Origin: Phyllobates terribilis
Lineage: Eukaryota
Direction of reading: 5' to 3'
DNA: 64,000 nt
Assembly: GCF_046119375.1 (NCBI RefSeq)
Contig: NW_027362761.1
Location: 303,118,001 to 303,182,000, forward strand
Below the pieces are notes generated by a model. It saw only the letters and a list, made by a program, of their open reading frames with translations. It ran no database searches and was not told the origin of the DNA. A program made the translations under genes and the position numbers. Position 1 is the first letter of the stretch; every line of letters begins with the position of its first letter. Of the stretch, positions 10,141-18,390 are shown piece after piece.

Positions 10141-11901
10141 ATGGGCGTGCCAGAGGGTGGCAAGAGGCCACCTCCCATCGTGGGCCAGGTCGAAGAATGG
10201 CGCCAAAAGCGGAAACCGCGCCCACCAACAGAGACTGTGATGCTGGAAGTGTCCATCAGCGTAAGAGAACTGCCCCTGGAACTGAAGTTGCCCCGGGACC
10301 ACCCTCGATGTGGGCGGAGACAGAAGAAGAGAGCAAAGATGGGTGTCGCCTGGAGCAGTCTGGAGAGAGCGCACCCGGAGACAAGACGTCTGGAAGAGAG
10401 TCCAGAGAGAGCCTACCCGGAGATGGAGGGAGAGCCAGGCAGCACCGACCCAGCGGTCAGGAGCCTGATGCGGGCCGCCACTCCAGGCAGCACCGACCCA
10501 GTGGTCAGGAGCCTGTTGCAGGTCGCCACTCCAGAAGGCCTGCTGGAGGTCCTAACACAGCTCCCCCGAGACCGGGAGTGTGTACAGACCGCGTTGGAGG
10601 GCCTCGCACAGAGGTTGGCCTGGGTGCAGCGAGAGACGTTGGCGGAGTGGAGCCGAGAGATGGCCCAGCAGACAAGAACCCGTCAGCGGAGCACGCCACC
10701 CGAGACGAGGAGACAGACCGCCTCTGAGGATGGCGCAGGAGGACTGAAGGCCGGAGACGGCGCCGAGAAGGGAGCCGAACGAAAGGAGGCAGGTAAAGGG
10801 GACGTCTCTACCCCAAACCGGGAAACCGCGTACCTGCCCCAGCTCCCCGTCGCAGAGCCCGAAGTATCCCCTGCCGTGCCCGTCGCTGCAACGTCACCGC
10901 CGCAGACTAGGCCTCAAACGGGAGCCGCGACCCCTGTGACGTCACACGCCTCGACCCCGAGCGTGACCAAGCAGGAAGTACCATCGGCCTGGTCGCAAGG
11001 CCTAGTACCCCTGGGCGACGCAATACCAACAGCGCCCCCTACCTCCGCGGAGCCCCCGGCCTGGTCGCAGGGCCAAGTAACACAGGGCGCCGCCGTCCTT
11101 ACGGTGCCCTTTACTTTCAAAGTGCCCCAAGCCTGGTCGCAAGGCTTGGGCAACCCGGGCGCCGCTACCACCACAGCGCCCGTAACATCAAGAGTGCCGC
11201 ACCTGGGTGAAGACCTGTTCGCCCAACATACGTGCCCGGATGAGCAGCCCTTCATGTGGCCACCGGAGTTTCACCATCCCCGACTCCGGAAAGAGAGACC
11301 CCTAGACGAACCCCTGATCCCGGCTCCAAAGCCCATAAAGAGGATCTCGCCCCCGCTAGAAGAGACCCAGTTTGAGTGGGACCCCACCGGAGAAGACCTC
11401 ATGGGGTTCACTCAGGAGACTCGGGCAGCCGCAGCGGAGCGTGCAGAGTGCTGCCGCCAGCAGCTCGAGGTCTTTGAGAGGGAGCGGAGAGAGAGGCGGG
11501 TCCGGGAACAACAAGCCCAAATAAGGAGCGCGGAGCAGAAGAGCCGGACCAGGAGAGACCCCCGTGCAGCGCATGGTCCCCGTACCATCGGGACTGTGAT
11601 AAAATTTAATCTGCAGCATGGGTGGGGTTTCATCAGGGATCACCGCACCCCAGGCGACGTCTTCGTGACCAGGAGAGACGTTGAGTCCCACCTACCGGAG
11701 GGACACAGAGGTCGTGACCTGTATTTAGGGGACGAGGTCACCTTCACCCGGCACAAGTGTGCCAAAGGACCCTACGCCCTCCATGTGCATCGCCTGACGG
11801 AGGAGGAGCTGCGGTGTGAGGAGGAGCAAGAGGACCCGGACGGGTCTGAACCAGAACCTGGAACCAATCACAAAGAAAGAGCAGGAGGACGCCGTCGTTG
11901 A
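10141..11901 (+). CDS. 586-aa protein: helical N-terminus, Pro/Thr/Ala-rich repeats, coiled coil, C-terminal cold-shock domain (about 11581-11796), acidic/basic tail
   Basis: Uninterrupted ORF (first ATG 10141; the track's 10072 start is TTG). GTVIKFN...GWGFI...DVFVT...LYLGDEVTF...KGPYALHV follows the CSD pattern GxVKWFN/RNP1 GYGFI/RNP2 DVFVH/L..G..V.F/KG..A..V. Confidence 0.85.
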   Translation: MGVPEGGKRPPPIVGQVEEWRQKRKPRPPTETVMLEVSISVRELPLELKLPRDHPRCGRRQKKRAKMGVAWSSLERAHPETRRLEESPERAYPEMEGEPGSTDPAVRSLMRAATPGSTDPVVRSLLQVATPEGLLEVLTQLPRDRECVQTALEGLAQRLAWVQRETLAEWSREMAQQTRTRQRSTPPETRRQTASEDGAGGLKAGDGAEKGAERKEAGKGDVSTPNRETAYLPQLPVAEPEVSPAVPVAATSPPQTRPQTGAATPVTSHASTPSVTKQEVPSAWSQGLVPLGDAIPTAPPTSAEPPAWSQGQVTQGAAVLTVPFTFKVPQAWSQGLGNPGAATTTAPVTSRVPHLGEDLFAQHTCPDEQPFMWPPEFHHPRLRKERPLDEPLIPAPKPIKRISPPLEETQFEWDPTGEDLMGFTQETRAAAAERAECCRQQLEVFERERRERRVREQQAQIRSAEQKSRTRRDPRAAHGPRTIGTVIKFNLQHGWGFIRDHRTPGDVFVTRRDVESHLPEGHRGRDLYLGDEVTFTRHKCAKGPYALHVHRLTEEELRCEEEQEDPDGSEPEPGTNHKERAGGRRR

Positions 11902-12351
11902 GTACGGTAGTATAGAGACTGTATATAGTTGCCCGTCGGGGCACAGTGAACCGTTGCTGCTAATATAGTCCCCGTTGGGACCAGAGAACTGAACTGTTAA
12001 CCCGTGTGTCCCTATTCCCACTGACCGAGGACTGAGAACGGTCAATCCTCCCTAATACCTGGCCGAGGACTGAGAGCGGCCATATCCCCTTGTATATAGT
12101 TGCGCTTCCTAAAGCGCCCCCTACCGGTTTTATGGGAAACTGTTTGATTCCAGGAGAGACTGTCGCACTTTACCCGGTCACAAGTTGCACCGTGACCGGA
12201 GGAGCTAGGAGCAAGAAACGACTACGAGAAAGTTTATATGAAAAGTTTATGCTGATATGTATGATGTTTTATATGTTTATGTTTATGAAAAAAATTGTAT
12301 GTTTTGGTGTTTTTTTATATCTTACAGCCCGAGGACGTGCTGTGATTTACC

Positions 12352-12360
12352 AGGGGGGAA
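12352..12360 (+). other. Polypurine tract of the cold-shock-domain element
   Basis: AGGGGGGAA directly abuts the 3' LTR TG at 12361. Confidence 0.8.
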
Positions 12361-13607
12361 TGTAGCACCCTGAGGATTCGGCTGCTACAGGGGTATTGCA
12401 CCTCAACCCAGAGGTGTGATATTCCACTCCCGGGTAAGGATGGAGTGTGGAGCTGAGCTCAGAAGGCTGCATGCACTACACACATCCCATTTCCGGAGGG
12501 CAGACCAACGGTACTCCCACTTAGAAATGTGCAGGTACGACCGAGTCTGTCCTTGGCTGGAGTGGGAGGGGGGTGGACCATCCCAGTAGTGTAGGGGCAG
12601 ATAGGGGGAGCAGTCTGGGTAGTGCTAGGAGCTCATTGGGTGCTGGTCACCTGAGCTCACACATAGAGGGAGTATAAAAGGTGGGAACCATCTAAGATCA
12701 GGGTCAGTCAGTGAGACGTCAGACAGGCAGACAGCAGTCAGTCAGCCTGTTGTAGTGAAGACTTTGCAGAGCAGTGGAAGAAAGCAGAGGAGCAGAGCAG
12801 CCCCAGGCCCAGAGTGAGAGAGGAGAGAACGAAAGACCCAGAGGGGGAGAAAGAAGGAACTCTGAGAGCCCAAACTAAATCTAAGGGTGAAGAGTTGGCA
12901 ACAGGGTACCGGATCCCAAACTGGTCGGGGCTACAGCATACCTCAGCCAGAGACCGGAGGCCGTGGGCAGCATCTGCCACGGCCACCCACCAAATCCACC
13001 CGGAAGGCAGACCACGCATAGGGTCAGGGAACCCAGAGGCAAGGGTTCGCCAACAAGAGGCCCGAGGGAGCCGGACATAGGTGGATCCCTGGTGGGGAAG
13101 GCCAGAGACGAGGACAGGACAGAAAGGGAGCTCAGAACCACGCTCCAGAACTACTTGGGGGTTGGCCGAGTCCAGGACCTGGTGGACGCAGCACGGCTCG
13201 GGTGGTCACTCAAGGCCGGAGTGACCGGTACAAGAACAGCAGTAAGTAAAGAACCCTGAACTGCACAACCCGACTCTGACTCTCATTACCATCTTCCCTG
13301 CACTTCCACAACCACCATCCTCTGCACCTGACCCCCTGAGGCTATACCCCTCCCGTTGGGGGTTATACTACCTAAGCTGCACAAACACCATCAGCCTCAG
13401 CGGACCCTGCTGCAGCGGCGGCCGTAGTGACCGCAATTCAACGGGTGGCGTAGTCGACATAAAGAACTTTAGTAACATCAGTAAGGACTGCCACACACTG
13501 AGCTTGACACCCTGGGCACGGACCGGGTCACAGCCACTCGGAGACTACAACCCCCATCTGATCCGGCTCCGGGTATCCCCAACAACACTGGCCCAGGGGG
13601 CGCGTCA
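12361..13607 (+). repeat. 3' LTR of the cold-shock-domain element
   Basis: Direct repeat of 8675-9922. Confidence 0.95.
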
Positions 13608-16096
13608 GAAGCGGGTGGCTCCCAGGGTAGGCGGGCAGGTAGTCACGGCAAGTGACGGGGACAGTCTCTGGGTAGAAGGGCAGGAGGTCACGGCAAGTGA
13701 CGAGGACAGTCTCTGGGTAGGGGGGCAGGAGGTCAAGGCAAGTGACGGGAACAGTCTCTTGACAGGCGGGTGGTCACGGCAAGTGACGGCGAAGCCTCCA
13801 GATAGGCCAGCAGGCGGGTAGCAGGTGGACGCTCCCAGGTGAGCGGGCAAGAGTCTCTGGACAGGCAGGTGGTCACAGCAGGTGACGGCAGAGCCTCCAG
13901 GTAGGCTAGCAGGCAGGTAGCAGGCGGACGCTCCCAGGTGAGCGGGTAAGAGTCTCTGGACAGGCAGGTGGTCACAGCACGTGACGGCAGAGCCTCCAGG
14001 TAGGCTAGCAGGCAGGTAGCAGGCGGACACTCCCAGGTGAGCGGGTAAGAGTCTCTGGGCAGGCAGGTGGTCACAGCACGTGACGGCAGAGCCTCCAGGT
14101 AGGCTAGCAGGCAGGTAGCAGGCGGACGCTCCCAGGTGAGCGAGTAAGAGTCTCTGGGCAGGCAGGTGGTCACAGCACGTGACGGCAGAGCCTCCAGGTA
14201 TTCTAGCAGGCAGGTAGCAGATGAGCGCTCCCAGGTGAGAGGGGAACCAGATCCATAGACAGACTGTCTGGGCTGGTAGGCAGACTGTCGGACCGCAGGA
14301 ATTCAAGTAGATAGACAAGTATCAGGCAGGTATCAAGCAGGAATCTGGCAGGTAACTGGCAGGTAACTGGCAGGTAACTGGTAACGGGACCTGAGGGCTG
14401 AAGCAGAGTGATAGACTATGCAACAACATTGCTCGGGCACCTCCATTTTGGAGGAGGTGCCTTATATATGGTGAGGCCGGGGACTCCTTAGGACGGCGCG
14501 CTCGGCCCCTTTAAGAGAGGGGGAGCGCGCGCCCTAAGCACAGTGGCCGGGAAGCAGCGCGCGCTGCCAGCAGAGCGGGAGGAGGACGCCGGGCACGGAG
14601 CGGAGAGGTTAGGGGAACAGCGTCCTTGCCTAGCAGGAGGCAGGGACGCCGACGCTACATAACTTACGTTTATTTATGAAAAAATCGGAAATTTGGCGAA
14701 AATTTTGAAAATGTTGCAATTTTCTAACTTTGAATTTTCATACCCTTAAATCAGAGAGATGTGTCACAGAAAATAGTTAATAAATAACATTTCCCACATG
14801 TCTACTTTACATCAGCACAATTTTGGAACCAAAATTTTTTTTTGTTAGGGAGCTATAAGGGTTAAAAGTTGACCAGCGATTTCTCATTTTTCCAACAAAA
14901 TTTACAAAAACATTTTTTTAGGGACCACATCATATTTGAAGTCACTTTGAGGGGTCTTTATGACAGAAAATACCAAAAAGTGACACCATTCTAAAAACTG
15001 CACCCCTCAAGGTGCTCAAAACCACATTCAAGAACTTTATTAACCCTTCAGGTGCTTCACAGGAATTTTTGGAATGTGGAAGAAAAAAATTAACATTTAA
15101 CTTTTTTCACAAAAATGTTACTTTAGACCCAATTTTTTCTATTTTCACAGGGGTAACAGGAAAAAATGGACCCCAATTTTTTTTGTGCAATTTCTCTTGA
15201 GCGTGCTGATACCCCATATGTGAGGGAAATCCACTGTTTGGGCGCACTGCAGGGTTCGGAAGGTAAGGAGCGCCATTAGACTTTTTGAATATAAAATTTG
15301 TCTGAATAATTAGCAGACGCCATGTTGCGTTTGGAGAGCTCCTGATGTGCCTAAACAGTGGAAACCCCCCACAAGTGACACCATTTTGGAAACTAGACCC
15401 CTTAGGGAACTTATCTAGATGTGTGGTGAGCGCCTTGAACCCCAAGGTGCTTCACAGAAGTTTATAATATTGAGCTGTAAAAATAGAATTTTCACATTTT
15501 TCCCACAAAAACGTTTTTCATCCCTTAATTTTGCATTATCATAAAGGTAATAGGATAAATTGCACCATGAAATTTGTTGTGCAATTTCTCCTGAGTACGC
15601 TGATACCCCATATGTGGGGGAAAACCACTGCTTTGGTGTACGGCAGGGTTCGGAAGAGAAAGGAGCGCTATGTTGGCTGGGATAGGTGGCAGACACCATG
15701 TCACATTTGAAGAGTCGCTGACATGGCAGAGCTGGAGGCGGTCATGTGACCTCCAGCTGCTATAGCAACCCCAGGTCCTGGAAGGAATCTGAGGTCTTCG
15801 GAGTTAAGTAAGACGACCCCCTCTCCTCCTGCTGTCTGCTATATGCCGTGATCACTATAGATCGCAGCATATAGAAGACAGCAAAGGGTTAACATCACTG
15901 GGACCTGATCCAATCAGGTCCCGATGATGTTCCCTGTCAGAGCTAATGCTCTGCACCGGAATCGCAGCGCTTGCAGGACCCTGGGGGTCCTGAGCGCTGC
16001 AAGACCACCCACCGTTTTTAAACGTCCGCGCTGCACAGAGCCCAGGCAGCGCGGACGTTTATGTACAGTGGGCGGTCGGGAACCGGTTAAGCATTA

Positions 16097-17002
16097 GGCT
16101 GTGTGTCCACGATGCGTTCTTCAAGCGTTTATGCTGCGGAATTTCTGCAGCGTAAACGCTTGGGAAACGCTTGGTAAACCTTCCCCTATGGTCTCCAATG
16201 CAAAGCCGCACTTTCAATGCCCATGCTGCGTATTTTTCCGCAGCGTTTATGCTACGCTCAAAAATACGCAGCATGTCCATTAATTTTGCGGACACGAAGC
16301 GTAATCGCCGCCATTGACTTGCATTAGAATGCGCCAATTCTGCAAGACTGCATCTGTACTTGCGTAATTGGCGCGTTCTAATGTGCGGATGGTACCCAAG
16401 TCTGGAGGACAGAAGACTCTCCTCCAGACTCGGGTACCATAGAATCTGTAAAAAAAAGAATTTAAAATAAAAAATAAAATTTATACTTACTTTCCGATGT
16501 CCTCCCGGTGTTTTGTCCACGCCATCCGGTCTCTTGCAATGCTCGCGCTGTTGTGAAGGACCTGCAATAACGTCACTGAGTCATGTGACCCATCACATGA
16601 CTCAATGACGTCACCGCAGGTACTTCACAACAGCGTGAGCATTGCAAGAGACCGGACGCAGCAGAGATGACACCGGGAAGACATCGGAAGGTGAGTATAA
16701 TCTTTTTTTTTTATTTTTTACCATTCTTATTCTTTTTTTTAACTATTACTTGGTCACACTATATAAATCCATGCCGGTTGCATGGATTTATATTGTGTGA
16801 CCAACATGTCAAGTGCTTTTCCAAGTGATGCTCAAAATCACTTGGAAAACTGCTTGAAAAAACGCATGCGAAAACGCGTGTAAAAACGCAGAAAAAACGC
16901 TTCTCTCTGGCAGAAACAACGCATATAAATCTGCATGTGTTTTTTTCTGCCAGAGAGAGGCAAAAACACTCTGCATCAAATCTGCTACGTGGGCACATAG
17001 CC
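16097..17002. mobile_element. PIF/Harbinger-type (Tourist-like) MITE, 906 bp
   Basis: TTA duplications at 16094-16096 and 17003-17005; TIRs GGCTGTGTGTCCACG / CGTGGGCACATAGCC; internal inverted repeat of about 215 bp at 16483-16698. Confidence 0.85.
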
Positions 17003-17005
17003 TTA

Positions 17006-17724
17006 GTATCACCGGACTATGGTCTGAAATCCCTCTTACCCCATGTTCAATACTATGTACCCACATTGCAGTATTACTAGAACTGAAACTATAACCTAAC
17101 CGTGATAACGTAGATTTGGTTGAGGAGTGACATGTGTATTCTTTAGTTCCGGGGTGATGTAATCTCCACAAATCTATCCAACCAATACTCTCCATATAAG
17201 TTGAAAACAAATTAGAAGATGGTATTATTGTCGTTCGTCGTTCTGGTGTTGTCACCAATTCTCAATCTATCTAAATTTTCGTCCATAATCAAGTTGAAAT
17301 CCCGCATACACAAGATCTGAGCATCCGGGTAGTTTAGTGCAAAGCATACTGCCTTTTGGACAATAATTAGATTAGCAGGAGGTGGGTTATATAGACATAG
17401 TATTACGTACTCTCTGGAGTCAATTATAGCATTTATAAAAGCAAAACTTCCATCTGAATCTCTTCGGGCCTCCCTAACCTCCCAGCTAATGGCCTTTTGG
17501 ATTAAAAGCGAAACTCCTCTTGAATAGCTTGAATGGTAAGAGTGTATCGACCATTGCACCCAGGGTTTATTTAGCCACCTAGCTGAATCTCTAGTGAGGT
17601 GTGTTTCGACTAAAGCCAGGATATGTGGCTGGTAATTTTTGATTTGCGAGAATACTTTAACCCTCTTCTTAGGGGATTTAAGACCTCTTATATTCCATGT
17701 CATACATTTCAGTTGTGATGCCAT
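17006..17724 (-). pseudogene. L1 ORF2 N-terminal APE endonuclease, 5' part of the element at 121-3155
   Basis: MASQLKCMTWNIRGL, LALVETH, DFN, DLWR..HP, SRLGY, GISDHSPV. Removing the insertions joins it to 3155 as SDHSPVILMLKFDQVRDRPTWK. Confidence 0.92.
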
Positions 17725-18053
17725 TTATCTAATATAAGAAAGATGAAAATAGATATATGGGGTAGAAGCAAAAGGCCATTGCACTATTACTGCTCTTAAT
17801 CATTATTTCCCTTTTGACGTATCTAATAATTTCCACCCAGTTTATATATTTATGGGGCTCACCAGGTTACTTTGGTGCAGATTTTCATCAGAGAAGTTGT
17901 AAAATTACATGGGATGACTAGCAATATTGTTTCTGATCAGGGGGTACTATTTATTTCCAAATTCATTACAATGAAAAATGTGGACTTGGTCAAGCTATTT
18001 GACCAGGTCAGATTTAGGAAAACCTGACATAGGCTTTTATTTTTGGAGAGATC

Positions 18054-18381
18054 TGTAGGATGGTAGGGAGACAGACTTCTCCCTCTACTCCAGGTTTTGG
18101 GAGTGGCTCATGTCCACGATTCCCATTTAAACTTTCAGTAAAGGTTTGGGTGTGTCAGTATAGTTTTTGCAAGCAAGAAAGCAGGAGCTCTGTGTAAGCC
18201 AGGTCTGTGTGAGGCTGAACACAGGTCAGTGGGAACAAAGCCATTGGCGCAGCCATGAGTGATAAGGTGGTACGGTCGCCCACAGCAAATTTTTGTAAGT
18301 TGCCAAAATAAAGACGTTTAAGTTGAAATATCCTTGGTCACTGCCTCATTACCACACTGTCATTAAAGCCGCTGCCTTACA
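18054..18381 (+). mobile_element. Possible solo LTR (328 bp)
   Basis: TGTAGG...CCTTACA ends and AATAAA at 18307-18312, but no matching TSD was found. Confidence 0.3.
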
Positions 18382-18390
18382 ATACATATA

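Larger units (their letters stand above)
8675..13607 (+). mobile_element. Non-autonomous LTR retroelement carrying a single cold-shock-domain ORF
   Basis: TGTAGC...GCGTCA LTRs of 1248 and 1247 bp, 4-bp TSD GAAG (8671-8674 and 13608-13611), tRNA-Ser PBS and PPT. The 2438-bp internal region has no PR, RT, RNase H or IN motifs. Confidence 0.95.
3339..14659 (-). mobile_element. Ty3/Gypsy chromovirus (Tf1/sushi group) LTR retrotransposon, full length but frameshifted
   Basis: TG...CA LTRs, 5-bp TSD TAACT at 3334-3338 and 14660-14664, domain order gag-PR-RT-RNaseH-IN-chromodomain on the minus strand, and a PPT. Confidence 0.97.
8611..14659 (-). repeat. 5' LTR of the chromovirus (about 1.11 kb net), split by a 4.9-kb insertion
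   Basis: 8611-8674 and 13612-14659 join across the GAAG duplication to match the 3' LTR. Confidence 0.95.
3160..16086. mobile_element. Non-autonomous piggyBac-type element (about 1.6 kb net), interrupted by the Gypsy element
   Basis: TTAA at 3156-3159 and 16087-16090. 3160-3338 plus 14665-15700 match the right-end region of the piggyBacs at 27892 and 43287. 15720-16086 is the reverse complement of the terminus at 63617. No transposase. Confidence 0.8.

Noticed and set aside
9819-10727. 302-aa ORF overlapping the cold-shock ORF
   Set aside because: It starts at TTG inside the LTR, is low complexity, and is the alternate frame of a GC-rich region. It cannot be fully excluded without Ribo-seq.
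11581-11796. Host YBX/LIN28 gene, processed pseudogene or bacterial csp contamination
   Set aside because: The domain lies inside an LTR-bounded unit with PBS, PPT and TSD. It has no CCHC pair or Y-box tail, no poly(A) remnant and no bacterial context.
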